NCBI GenBank assembly: GCA_045539425.1
Contig: JAZQFH010000023.1
Location: 1-19,094, forward strand
Origin: Erysipelotrichaceae bacterium
GTDB taxonomy: Bacteria; Bacillota_I; Bacilli_A; Erysipelotrichales; Erysipelotrichaceae
Reading direction: 5' to 3'
DNA: 19,094 nt
The translations under genes and the position numbers were made by a program. The notes below the pieces were generated by a model. It searched no databases. It saw only the letters and a program-made list of their open reading frames with translations, and was not told where the DNA came from. Each line of letters opens with the position of its first letter. Position 1 is the stretch's first letter. Positions 7,670-16,478 of this stretch are shown here, one piece after another.

Positions 7670-8896
7670 TCAATATTTTATCACAAACAGATTGGGATTG
7701 TTAGAGTAATGATATACGTCGCAGCCCAGCCCCGAAACAAAGATCACCTCATTTTTGGAATTGACCACCACCGGCCATAAGAGCCGTTTCACATAGGGAA
7801 TCCTGCGGTCAATGAAGAAACGGTTGACGCTTTTTGTTCCGAAACGCATGCGGATCGCATCCCCTGCTTTCGCGTTGCGGATCAAAAGCGGATAGTCCTC
7901 TTTGCTTACGGTGACACCTTCAATCACTTCCCCGCTTTCTTCCAGCGAGAAATACGGTGTCTGAAGCTTTTCTTCGGCGTTTACTTGGTATGCGAACCCT
8001 TCCGGTTTTTTCATAATATCCAGTACGCCGTAGTCCAGCGTTAACAGCTGTCCGGAAAACTCCTGATGGAAATTCTCCCCTTCCAGAAGCTTATGGTCCG
8101 TCTCTTTTAAGCGCAGCAAGGAGAAATGTCTGGCGTCAATTCCGTGCTGCAGAAGATAACTCCGCAGCATCTCCAGCCGCATGTTCTCTTCTTCTTTTGC
8201 GTATGCCTCTTTCGCAAACGGATCAAAACAGCGCTCTGAAGCTTCCTTCACTTTCTCGCGGAATAAAGCCATCTGCCTGTTTTCCGCTTCGATCATATGA
8301 AGCAGTCCCTGCTTTTTCTCTTCATCCATATCCGCAAGCACATCGTGACGGATATGATTCCGCCTGAGGGAAGTATCCAGATTTGTCTCATCTTCGCCAT
8401 ATCTGACGCCATGCGCTTCGCAGTACGCTTTCAGCTCTTTCTTATCAAACGGCAAGAGCGGATGGAGCACCCGGAGGCTTCCTTCATAAACGCTCTCTTC
8501 AGCAATCCCCCAGTAAAGCGGCACGCTCTTGCGCTCCTTCTGCAAGAGATACGTCTCCAGATGATCATCGCGGTGGTGCGCCGTAACGACGGCATCCAGG
8601 TTACATTCTTTTACCGCTTCTTTGAAAAAGTCGTAACGCGTTTTGCGCGCCCAGGCTTCAAAGTTTGAAGTGCAACGCTCTTCCGGTGAGAATATTTCCA
8701 GGGAAATATGATGCTCTTCGCAGTAATCCCTTACGATTGCCTCATCCCGATCGGCACTTTTGCGGACGTGATAATTCACGTGTGCCACGACAAAAGAATA
8801 TCCCTGCGTATAGCAGAGATTGAGCAGTGCCATGGAATCCGCTCCGCCGCTGACGGCGAGCAGATATTTCTGATCCTTGTTGAGATGAAGTTCCAT
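7670..8896 (-). CDS. tilS: tRNA(Ile)-lysidine synthase
   Basis: The N-terminal PP-loop LLAVSGGADSMALL (SGGxDS) is present, followed by TilS substrate-binding and C-terminal domains. It keeps the conserved tilS-hpt-ftsH gene order. No obvious SD precedes the ATG. Confidence 0.9.
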   Translation of the reverse strand: MELHLNKDQKYLLAVSGGADSMALLNLCYTQGYSFVVAHVNYHVRKSADRDEAIVRDYCEEHHISLEIFSPEERCTSNFEAWARKTRYDFFKEAVKECNLDAVVTAHHRDDHLETYLLQKERKSVPLYWGIAEESVYEGSLRVLHPLLPFDKKELKAYCEAHGVRYGEDETNLDTSLRRNHIRHDVLADMDEEKKQGLLHMIEAENRQMALFREKVKEASERCFDPFAKEAYAKEEENMRLEMLRSYLLQHGIDARHFSLLRLKETDHKLLEGENFHQEFSGQLLTLDYGVLDIMKKPEGFAYQVNAEEKLQTPYFSLEESGEVIEGVTVSKEDYPLLIRNAKAGDAIRMRFGTKSVNRFFIDRRIPYVKRLLWPVVVNSKNEVIFVSGLGCDVYHYSNNPNLFVIKY

Positions 8897-8920
8897 ATGT
8901 TCATTGTACTATAGACAGAA

Positions 8921-8943
8921 AGAAAAAAAGCACCTGCGTGCTT
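8921..8943 (-). terminator. Intrinsic terminator after the GT4 transferase gene
   Basis: The minus strand reads AAGCAC-GCAG-GUGCUU followed by UUUUUUUCUUUC. It begins directly after the TAG stop (8946-8944). Confidence 0.7.
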
Positions 8944-10119
8944 CTATTCTTCCGCTTTTGTTTCTTCCGGCATTTCCTCTGCCGTCTCTTCTTTTGTTTC
9001 TTCCGTGACTTCTTCCGTTACGGCGTCCGCCAGTGAGACAATCTTCGGCCAGCCGAAGACTTTATGCGCCAGCGTCAGGAGCGGATGGTATTTTCCGTTT
9101 ACCATTCCCGTAAATTCAATAAAGAGATCGAAGAAGAACAGCAGGATGATCAGGAGAATCATTCCCAGTTTTTCATTTTTATAGGTGATCAGCGCATCCA
9201 CGGAGAAGAGGAAGGTCACAACATAAAGGACCAGTACCGCCTTCAGGTGTCCGAGGTTGAGCCGGTACATCAGTACATGATGCATGTGTCCGCGGTCCGC
9301 GACATCGAACTTTTCCCCTCTGAGCTTGCGCCGTACGATGGCAATCAGGGTATCGGAGATCGGCACAAAGAGCACCATGATCGGGAAACCCAGCGTGATC
9401 ACCGTTGCCGTCTTGAACCCCATCAGGGAGAAGCAGGCAATCATGAAGCCGAGATATAAGGCACCGCAGTCTCCCATGAAGATGGAGGCCGGATGGAAAT
9501 TGAAGATCCAGAATCCGACAATACTGCCGGCGAGGATGATGGACATCATCCAGATATCGATACGCATCATCTGATAGGCAATGATGCTGATGGTAAAGAG
9601 AACGATCATGCAGATGCCGCTGCTTAAGCCGTCCAGTCCGTCAATCAGGTTAATGGCATTGGTCACGCCAATCAGCCAGAAGAAGGTGATCAGCAGGTTG
9701 ACTGCCCCGAGCTTGATCGTAATGCCCAGCGGCAGATAGATTGCTTCCAGAGAGATACCTCCGACAGCCATCGCCACAACCGCTGCCAGACACTGAAAGA
9801 GCAGCTTCACCTTCGGCTTCAGGTCAATCATGTCATCCACCAGTCCGGTGATAAAGACAATGATTCCTCCCAGCATGACACCGTTGATTGTCTGGTCAGC
9901 CCGGAAGAAATAGGCCAGAGCGATATTGAAGGCCAGGAAAATGGCGACCCCGCCGATGCGGACGATCTTGCCGTGATGTACCGTACGCTTGTTTTCCTCC
10001 GCGTAGATTTCCAGATCCAGCCCGAACTTCTTGACTAAAGGCACAAAAGCCACCGACAGACATGCCGGCAGAACAAAGTACCATAAGGAAGATTTCAAAA
10101 AGTTAAAGATCGTGCTCAT
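8944..10119 (-). CDS. Glycosyltransferase family 4 polyprenyl-phosphate N-acetylhexosamine-1-phosphate transferase (WecA/TagO/MraY-like)
   Basis: This is a polytopic membrane protein with MraY/WecA family motifs: GLVDDMIDLKP (DDxxD), NAINLIDGLDGL and IFMGDCGALYLGF. It ends in a C-terminal Glu-rich tail. Confidence 0.85.
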   Translation of the reverse strand: MSTIFNFLKSSLWYFVLPACLSVAFVPLVKKFGLDLEIYAEENKRTVHHGKIVRIGGVAIFLAFNIALAYFFRADQTINGVMLGGIIVFITGLVDDMIDLKPKVKLLFQCLAAVVAMAVGGISLEAIYLPLGITIKLGAVNLLITFFWLIGVTNAINLIDGLDGLSSGICMIVLFTISIIAYQMMRIDIWMMSIILAGSIVGFWIFNFHPASIFMGDCGALYLGFMIACFSLMGFKTATVITLGFPIMVLFVPISDTLIAIVRRKLRGEKFDVADRGHMHHVLMYRLNLGHLKAVLVLYVVTFLFSVDALITYKNEKLGMILLIILLFFFDLFIEFTGMVNGKYHPLLTLAHKVFGWPKIVSLADAVTEEVTEETKEETAEEMPEETKAEE

Positions 10120-10153
10120 ACGTAACCAGTATTATATCATTTCAGCTCATTCA

Positions 10154-10357
10154 TTAATAGTAGAAGTAGTAGCACAGCTTCATGATGAACTGCGCCATCA
10201 GAAAGCCGAGCGCCATGGAAAGGAAGATGTAAAGCAACTGTCCCTGTACGGTTCTTCCCTGCTTCAGAAAACGGTTGAAGTCCAGTGCCTGCAGGGCATA
10301 GAACGCCAGACCGAAACAGACCAGATGAACGAGAACCTGAATCACAAAAAACGTCAT
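10154..10357 (-). CDS. DUF1146 (YwzB-like) small integral membrane protein
   Basis: The 67-aa two-TM protein carries a central FYALQALDFNRFLKQGRTVQGQLLYIFLSMALG. This parallels B. subtilis YwzB (WWALQAVNIDPLIKKGRVVQARLLMILL...). GAGGAG is 6 nt upstream of the ATG, inside the end of the preceding gene. Confidence 0.8.
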   Translation of the reverse strand: MTFFVIQVLVHLVCFGLAFYALQALDFNRFLKQGRTVQGQLLYIFLSMALGFLMAQFIMKLCYYFYY

Positions 10358-10360
10358 AGC

Positions 10361-10882
10361 TTACTCCTCACCCTCTAGTATATCATTTATCACTGCCCAT
10401 TTCCGCTCTAAATCCTCGAGGCGCATCGCCGCATTGGCTGCGGAGGTGGAAGGTAAAAAGTAACAGGGAAGCGGCAGGCTTTCCTTCTGATACTTCTCAT
10501 AGAGTTTTGCGGCAAGCGTGCCGTTACAGAACACCGCGCGGATCTTTGATGCTTTTACGATGTTCTTTAAATCGGAAGGCACCGCATTGCGCACGGAACT
10601 GTCAGAGGAGCCGACAATATCGCACTCCTCTATCACATCATAAAGCGCAATGTGATTGCGCTTTAAAAACGCCTTCTTCTCATACAGAGTGAGCGGTTCC
10701 GCTTCCTTTCGTAAGGAAGAGAGCACTTTCCAGAAGCGGTTCTGCTTATGCCCGTAATAAAAGCCCGTTTCCCGTGAGCGGACAGACGGAAAACTTCCCA
10801 GAATCAGAATGCGGCTTTCCTCATCAAAAAACGGAGGAAAGGGATGAATCACATGCGTGTAGCTGTTTCTCATTATTCCCAT
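10361..10882 (-). CDS. Uracil-DNA glycosylase superfamily protein, family-6-like (DNA-deoxyinosine/hypoxanthine glycosylase type)
   Basis: ILILGSFPS and YYGHKQNRFW near the N-terminus and LPSTSAANA near the C-terminus match the small HDG-type UDG-superfamily pattern. The start may be ATG at 10882 or at 10873. Confidence 0.7.
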   Translation of the reverse strand: MGIMRNSYTHVIHPFPPFFDEESRILILGSFPSVRSRETGFYYGHKQNRFWKVLSSLRKEAEPLTLYEKKAFLKRNHIALYDVIEECDIVGSSDSSVRNAVPSDLKNIVKASKIRAVFCNGTLAAKLYEKYQKESLPLPCYFLPSTSAANAAMRLEDLERKWAVINDILEGEE

Positions 10883-10926
10883 TTTAGCACGTGAGTTTCC
10901 CTATTATAAATAAGGATAAGGTTTTA

Positions 10927-10955
10927 TTCACTTTGGGAAAGAGATTTGGTATAAT
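10927..10955 (+). promoter_or_regulatory. Promoter of the metG-gltX-S66 operon
   Basis: TTCACT (10927-10932) is followed by a 17-nt spacer containing TG (10947-10948) and then TATAAT (10950-10955), an extended -10. The 5' UTR is only about 25-30 nt, which leaves no room for a T-box. Confidence 0.5.
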
Positions 10956-10983
10956 TTTACAGTGTTATACAGGAGGTATTTTT

Positions 10984-12975
10984 ATGAATAAATATCTTGA
11001 GCGTCCAACGTTTCCGAAAAAGGCAGTGGTCACTGCCGGTATGCCTTACGGCAATAAATCTCTTCACTTCGGTCATATCGGAGGTGTCTTCGTTCAGGCT
11101 GACACCTATGCCCGTTTTCTGAGAGACAGAATCGGAAAGGACAACGTTGTATTCGTCAGCGGTACGGACTGTTACGGCAGCCCGATTGCGGAAGGATACC
11201 GTATCAAAAAAGAAAAAGAAGGTTTTGAAGGAACGATCGAAGACTATGTCAACATCAACCATCAGAGCCAGAAGAATACCTTGCAGAACTACCTGATCAG
11301 CCTGAACCTGTTCGGTGCCAGCGGTCTGGGCAAGACCAAAGAGGTGCACCAGGAAGTTACCAATGAGATCATTACCCGGCTGTATGAAAACGGCTGGCTT
11401 GATAAATCCGTCACCCGTCAGTTCTACGATGAGAAGGCAGGATGCTTCCTCAACGGCCGCCAGGTCATCGGTAAATGTCCGATCCAGGGCTGCCAGAGCG
11501 AAAAAGGCTATGCCGATGAATGCGATCTGGGCCACCAGTACATGCCGGAAGACCTCATCAACCCAAAGAGCACACTGACCGGGGATACACCGATCATGAA
11601 GGATGTCACCAACTGGTATTTCCGCTTAACGGACTTTGACGAGATCTTAAAGAACTATGTCAACATGATCCAGTACAAGGACAACGTCCGTCCGATTGTT
11701 TCCAAGACCATGAAGGAAACCCTGGCGGAACCGATCATCTATGTCATCAAGGATTATCTGGATACCTATGAACATCTGAAAAAGGAACTTCCGCATCATG
11801 AGATCTTAGTGGAAGAGAAAAAGAACTCCTTCCAGCTGACATTCGACAAACTGAAAGACAGAGAGACAGCCTGTGAAATCCTGACAGCGCACGGTGTACG
11901 CTACCGTACGGGCAAGACACTGGTCCCGCTCCGCCTTTCCGGCAATATCGAATGGGGTGTGAAATTCCCGGATCTCGAAGGTCTGAAAGACCTGACGGTC
12001 TGGGTCTGGCCGGAATCCCTGTGGGCTCCGATCTCCTTCACAAAAGCTTATCTGAGCTCCATCGGCAAGGATGAAGACGAATGGAAGAAATACTGGTGCA
12101 GCAAGGATGCCGAAGTCTTCCAGTTCATCGGACAGGACAACATCTATTTCTACGGCATTGCCCAGCAGGCAATGTTCATGGCTCTGCAGGGAAAAGACAA
12201 CCTTTCCATCACACCGGAGGAAGGTCAGATGACCCTTTCTACCCTGGCAGCCAACTACCATATTCTGTTCTTAGACAAGAAAGCCAGTTCCAGCGGCTCC
12301 GTCAAGCCTCCAATGGCAGCGGACCTTCTGAACTACTATACACCGGAGCAGCTCCGTGCTCACTTCCTCGGTCTGGCACTGGACAAGAAGAGCGTCAGCT
12401 TCATGCCGAAGCCGTTCAATCCGAATGCCAACCCGAATGAAGCGGACCCGGTCTTAAAGGAAGGCAACCTGTTCACAAACGTATTGAACCGTCTGGCCCG
12501 CTCCTGCTTCTACACGGTGCAGAAATACTATGACGGCGTCTTACCGCAGGGTGAAGTCAGTGCCCAGGTCTTAGACGAAGCCAGAGAAGTCTGCCTGGAC
12601 TACGAACGCGCCATGTACAAGATCGATACCCACAAATGCATGGATATCCTCGACAGCTACATTCGCTTAGGCAACAAATACTGGGCAAGAAACTACAATC
12701 AGGCAGAAAAGGAAGGCAATGAGGAATTACGCAAACAGACACTGATCGACTGCTTCCACATCGTCCGCACCTGCTGCTTATTGACCCATCCGATCGTTCC
12801 GCAGGGAACAGAGATGATGGCCGAATATTTAGGCGCATCCGAAGACATCTTCAACTGGGAATACTTCGATGCTCCGCTCAACCGCTTCATTGAAGAAGGC
12901 AAACCGTTCAAGGTACTGGAACCGAAGGTAGACTTCTTCAGCAAGCATCCAAGTCAGTTTGAAGAAGGGAGATAA
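10984..12975 (+). CDS. metG: Methionine--tRNA ligase (MetRS1-like, single zinc knuckle, no C-terminal EMAPII/Trbp111 domain)
   Basis: The true start is ATG at 10984, 7 nt after AGGAGG (10971-10976). The ORF-track start at 10891 adds an unsupported extension. Motifs: HIGH as HFGH; a knuckle CPIQGC...ECDLGH that aligns with E. coli CPKC...CEVC; and FQFIGQDNIYFY, equivalent to HFIGKDIVYFH. The KMSKS position reads KASSS (12280-12294). Confidence 0.9.
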   Translation: MNKYLERPTFPKKAVVTAGMPYGNKSLHFGHIGGVFVQADTYARFLRDRIGKDNVVFVSGTDCYGSPIAEGYRIKKEKEGFEGTIEDYVNINHQSQKNTLQNYLISLNLFGASGLGKTKEVHQEVTNEIITRLYENGWLDKSVTRQFYDEKAGCFLNGRQVIGKCPIQGCQSEKGYADECDLGHQYMPEDLINPKSTLTGDTPIMKDVTNWYFRLTDFDEILKNYVNMIQYKDNVRPIVSKTMKETLAEPIIYVIKDYLDTYEHLKKELPHHEILVEEKKNSFQLTFDKLKDRETACEILTAHGVRYRTGKTLVPLRLSGNIEWGVKFPDLEGLKDLTVWVWPESLWAPISFTKAYLSSIGKDEDEWKKYWCSKDAEVFQFIGQDNIYFYGIAQQAMFMALQGKDNLSITPEEGQMTLSTLAANYHILFLDKKASSSGSVKPPMAADLLNYYTPEQLRAHFLGLALDKKSVSFMPKPFNPNANPNEADPVLKEGNLFTNVLNRLARSCFYTVQKYYDGVLPQGEVSAQVLDEAREVCLDYERAMYKIDTHKCMDILDSYIRLGNKYWARNYNQAEKEGNEELRKQTLIDCFHIVRTCCLLTHPIVPQGTEMMAEYLGASEDIFNWEYFDAPLNRFIEEGKPFKVLEPKVDFFSKHPSQFEEGR

Positions 12976-12977
12976 TC

Positions 12978-14630
12978 ATGGATTATCAGAAATTAGCCGA
13001 TTTACTGTTCCCGCAGATCACCAAGACTCCGCAGGAATATGAAGATATGTTTCCGAAACGGGATCTGCCGAAGGGTGCGGAAGTCCTCCGTATGGCACCG
13101 AGCCCGACGGGTTTTATCCACCTCGGAAATCTCTACGGCACTTTAGCCGATGAGCGCGTGGCACACCGCTCCAACGGCATCCTCTACTTACGTATCGAAG
13201 ACACCGATGACAAGCGGAAAGTCGACGGCGCGGTGGAGACACTCTTAAAGACATTCAAATACTTTGAGATCCCGTTCGATGAAGGCGCGGAAGTCGATCC
13301 GAACAACGGCAACGCCTACGGTCCTTACTATCAGAGACAGCGTGCCGAAATCTATCAGTGCTTCGCGAAGGATCTCGTATCCCGCGGCCTGGCCTATCCG
13401 TGCTTCTGCTCGGAAGAGGAACTCGATGAGATCCGTCAGAAACAGACGGAACTCAAGGTTACCACCGGCTACTACGGTGAGTGGGCAAAATGCCGCAACC
13501 TCACATTAGAGGAAGTTGAAAAGCATCTTGCGAACCACGATCTCTTCACGGTCCGTCTCAGAGCCAACGGCGACATCAACAAGAAGCACAGCTTCCACGA
13601 TGAGATCAAGGGAGATATCACGGTAACCGAAAACGATCAGGATGTCGTTCTCTTAAAGCAGGACGGAATCCCGACATATCACTTCGCGCACGCCATCGAT
13701 GACCATCTCATGCGTACGACGGTTGTCCTGCGCGGTGAAGAATGGCTCGGAACACTGCCGGTCCACATCGAACTGTTCAATGCCTTGGGTTTTGAACGTC
13801 CGAAATATGCCCATACATCCCAGTTAATGAAGATCGACAACGGCGTCAAGCGCAAGCTCAGCAAGCGGAAAGACCCGGAGCTCTCTCTGGATTACTACCG
13901 CCACCTCGGCTATCATCCGTATGCCGTCAAGATCTATCTTATGACACTTCTGAACTGGAACTTTGAGGAATGGTTCCTCAAACATCCGGATACACCGATC
14001 GAGGAATTCGATTTCAAGCTGAAGAACATGGGACAGTCCGGTGCGCTGTTTGACTTGGCCAAGCTGGACAACATCTCCAAGACCTACCTTTCCAAATTCT
14101 CTCTGGAAGAGATGAAGGACTGGCTCAGAAAGTTCGCACAGGAATTCCGTCCGGACAAATGCGACATCTACTTCAAAGATGAAGCCTATCTGGACAAGAT
14201 CCTCTCCCTGGGCATGGGCCTGGAATTAAAGAAGAGAAGAAAGGACTACGTGTGCTGCACGCAGATTCTGGACAGCATCTCCTACTACTTCGATGAGCTG
14301 CATCATCCGGAATACTCCTTCAAATATGAGAACGATCTCTGCTTAAAGATCATTGAAGATTTCGAAGCATCCTACGATATCAACGACAACAACAGCCAGT
14401 GGTTTGAAAAAGTCAAAGCCATTGCGGAAAAATACGGTTTCTGCACGGACATGAAAGAATACCGCAACAATCCGGGCAATTATCCGGGAAGCGTCAGCGA
14501 TGTCGCGGAAATCATCCGCATTGCCATCACCGGTTTAAGCAATACCCCGGACCTTTATACAATTCAGAAGATCATGGGCACGGAACGTTCCATGCACCAC
14601 TTACAGATGGCGAAAGAAGCGCTGAAATAA
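12978..14630 (+). CDS. gltX: Glutamate--tRNA ligase (long, ~550-aa clostridial-type form)
   Basis: Motifs present: PSPTGFIHLGN (HIGH-type), LRIEDTD, and KLSKRK (KMSKS-type). GGGAG is 6 nt upstream. The start codon is only 2 nt after the metG stop codon. Confidence 0.9.
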   Translation: MDYQKLADLLFPQITKTPQEYEDMFPKRDLPKGAEVLRMAPSPTGFIHLGNLYGTLADERVAHRSNGILYLRIEDTDDKRKVDGAVETLLKTFKYFEIPFDEGAEVDPNNGNAYGPYYQRQRAEIYQCFAKDLVSRGLAYPCFCSEEELDEIRQKQTELKVTTGYYGEWAKCRNLTLEEVEKHLANHDLFTVRLRANGDINKKHSFHDEIKGDITVTENDQDVVLLKQDGIPTYHFAHAIDDHLMRTTVVLRGEEWLGTLPVHIELFNALGFERPKYAHTSQLMKIDNGVKRKLSKRKDPELSLDYYRHLGYHPYAVKIYLMTLLNWNFEEWFLKHPDTPIEEFDFKLKNMGQSGALFDLAKLDNISKTYLSKFSLEEMKDWLRKFAQEFRPDKCDIYFKDEAYLDKILSLGMGLELKKRRKDYVCCTQILDSISYYFDELHHPEYSFKYENDLCLKIIEDFEASYDINDNNSQWFEKVKAIAEKYGFCTDMKEYRNNPGNYPGSVSDVAEIIRIAITGLSNTPDLYTIQKIMGTERSMHHLQMAKEALK

Positions 14631-14634
14631 CACC

Positions 14635-15654
14635 ATGCGTTATCCGGAATTTTTAAAGAAACATGACACGATCGCCCACGTTGCACCGAGCTTCGGTGTG
14701 ACGGGAGAGCCGTATACAACACAGTACTATGAAGCCAGAAGAAAATTTGAAGAGCTCGGCTATACCATAAAGGAAGCCGAAAGCCTCTACAAAATGGGCA
14801 AGGCCGCCAGCAACACCGCGGCAGCACGCGCGAAAGAATGGATGGATGCCTATCTGGATGAAACAGTGGATTTTGTCCACTCCGTGGCCGGAGGAGAGCT
14901 GATGATGGAGATTCTTCCCCTCATCGATTTCCATACCCTGATTCACGCCAAACCGAAATGGTTCATGGGCTACAGCGACAACACGTATATGACATTTCTG
15001 CTGAATACCATCTGCGATGTTGCCAGCATTTACGGCAACTGCGTGGAAAACTTCGGTATGGAAAACTGGCATAAATCCCTGAAGGAATCCTATCAGATCA
15101 TGCAGGGAAAACGCCTGAGCCAGAAGAGCTATCCGAAATTCGCCATCAATGACGTCAGCCACATCGAAGGCATGGAGCTGGCGGATTACGATCTGACGGA
15201 ACGCAACCGCATCTTCACCTCTACCGGGGAAGATATGACACTCAAAGGACGTTTGATCGGCGGATGCATGGACTGCCTGGTGACCCTGGTCGGTACACCG
15301 TACGATATGGTTGAGGAATTCAAGGAACGCTACAGCGAAGACGGAGTCCTCTTCTATATGGAAGCATACGACTACAGCCCAGTCGGCATCGTCCGCACCC
15401 TTCTGCAGATGAAGGAAGCAGGCTGGTTCGACGGCTGCAGCGGAATTCTCTTCGGCAGAAGAAAACAGCGCGATCCGTTCTTCGGACTCACCTATGAAGA
15501 AGCCCTGCATTCCGTACTGGATGATCTGAACATCCCGTACGCCTATGAAATGGATTTCGGACACGTACCTCCGGCATGGACGCTCATCTCCGGAAGTGTC
15601 GCAACCGTGGAAATCAAAAACCATAAGGCAAGCATTACATATGAATTGAAATAG
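14635..15654 (+). CDS. Peptidase S66 family protein (LD-carboxypeptidase LdcA / microcin C7 immunity MccF family)
   Basis: S66 hallmarks are present. The nucleophile motif is GYSDNT. The acidic residue context is LFYMEAYDYSPVGIVRTLLQMKEAGWF. The histidine lies in DFGHVPP. The start codon is 4 nt after the gltX stop codon. Confidence 0.85.
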   Translation: MRYPEFLKKHDTIAHVAPSFGVTGEPYTTQYYEARRKFEELGYTIKEAESLYKMGKAASNTAAARAKEWMDAYLDETVDFVHSVAGGELMMEILPLIDFHTLIHAKPKWFMGYSDNTYMTFLLNTICDVASIYGNCVENFGMENWHKSLKESYQIMQGKRLSQKSYPKFAINDVSHIEGMELADYDLTERNRIFTSTGEDMTLKGRLIGGCMDCLVTLVGTPYDMVEEFKERYSEDGVLFYMEAYDYSPVGIVRTLLQMKEAGWFDGCSGILFGRRKQRDPFFGLTYEEALHSVLDDLNIPYAYEMDFGHVPPAWTLISGSVATVEIKNHKASITYELK

Positions 15655-15677
15655 TCGTGTTCTTCACGGCTATTTTC
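15653..15677 (+). terminator. Possible weak terminator after the S66 gene
   Basis: agtcgtg (15653-15659)/cacggct (15665-15671) forms a 7-bp stem with one G-U pair and loop ttctt, followed by ATTTTC. It overlaps the TAG stop codon. Confidence 0.35.
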
Positions 15678-15700
15678 AAAAAAGAAAGGAAACAGTGCAC

Positions 15701-16471
15701 ATGAGAATCTTAGTCACAAACGATGACGGCATTACCGCTCCGGGGATCCGCTCTCTGGTTAACGCCTTAAAACCGCTGGGTGACATCACCGTCGCAGCCC
15801 CTGCCGAACAGCAGACCGCCAAGGGAAATGCCATGACCTATGACCGGAAGCTGATTGTCGAGCGCTACGATTTTGAGGAAGGCATCCCGGCATACAAGGT
15901 ATACGGAACACCTCGGGACTGCATCTATGCGGCACTGGACGCCTTCATGGAAGAAAAACCGGACCTGGTGGTTTCCGGCATCAATGAAGGAGCCAACCTT
16001 TCCAACTGCTGCGTCTCCAGCGGAACCATCGGAGCCGCTACCGGTGCCTATGAAGAGGGACTTGTCGCCATTGCGACTTCCCTGGACTTCGGAAGTGAAT
16101 ATCCCTACGACCGCTTTGCGCCATACATCAGGGATATCGCGGCCTGGTTTGTGAAACAGCCGTTCTCACACGATTTCATACTGAGCGTGAACCTGCCGAA
16201 TCCGAAAGACGGAATCGTCAAAGGTGTCACGGTCGGCGACTACGGCGGCAGGCAGGTCTTCCTTTCCAAATATGTCATTACCGATGAGACAGACGGCAGA
16301 ATCACGCTGACCATGCAGGGAAGCGGCGTCTCTTTTGAGAATGTCACGGAGGATCTCGATCATGACATGTACGCCCTTTCCCAGGGGTACATCGTTCTGA
16401 CTCCGCTCGATGATGACGTCGTAAAAAAGGATTCCCTCTCGCAGTTGAAATCCTATATCACACATATATAA
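15701..16471 (+). CDS. surE: 5'/3'-nucleotidase SurE
   Basis: The N-terminus MRILVTNDDGITAPGI is the SurE signature, and GINEGANL is also present. I prefer ATG at 15701 (10 nt after AAGGA) over the ORF-track GTG at 15695. Confidence 0.9.
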   Translation: MRILVTNDDGITAPGIRSLVNALKPLGDITVAAPAEQQTAKGNAMTYDRKLIVERYDFEEGIPAYKVYGTPRDCIYAALDAFMEEKPDLVVSGINEGANLSNCCVSSGTIGAATGAYEEGLVAIATSLDFGSEYPYDRFAPYIRDIAAWFVKQPFSHDFILSVNLPNPKDGIVKGVTVGDYGGRQVFLSKYVITDETDGRITLTMQGSGVSFENVTEDLDHDMYALSQGYIVLTPLDDDVVKKDSLSQLKSYITHI

Positions 16472-16478
16472 TAAGTAT

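Noticed and set aside
10883-10983. Looked for a T-box or other leader upstream of metG-gltX
   Set aside because: The whole divergent intergenic region is about 100 bp and is taken up by two promoters and the SD. There is no GGUGGUACCGCG-like sequence and no terminator hairpin.
10957-11535. 192-aa minus-strand ORF overlapping the 5' part of metG
   Set aside because: It is antisense to a gene with clear MetRS motifs and has no start context or family resemblance. It is a shadow ORF.
14653-15624. 323-aa ORF on the minus strand, the longest unexplained ORF on the track
   Set aside because: It lies entirely antisense to the well-supported S66 peptidase gene. It has no SD, and its composition is Ala/Gly/Val/His/Phe-rich with no recognisable motifs. 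This is a typical shadow ORF created by the codon bias of the sense gene.
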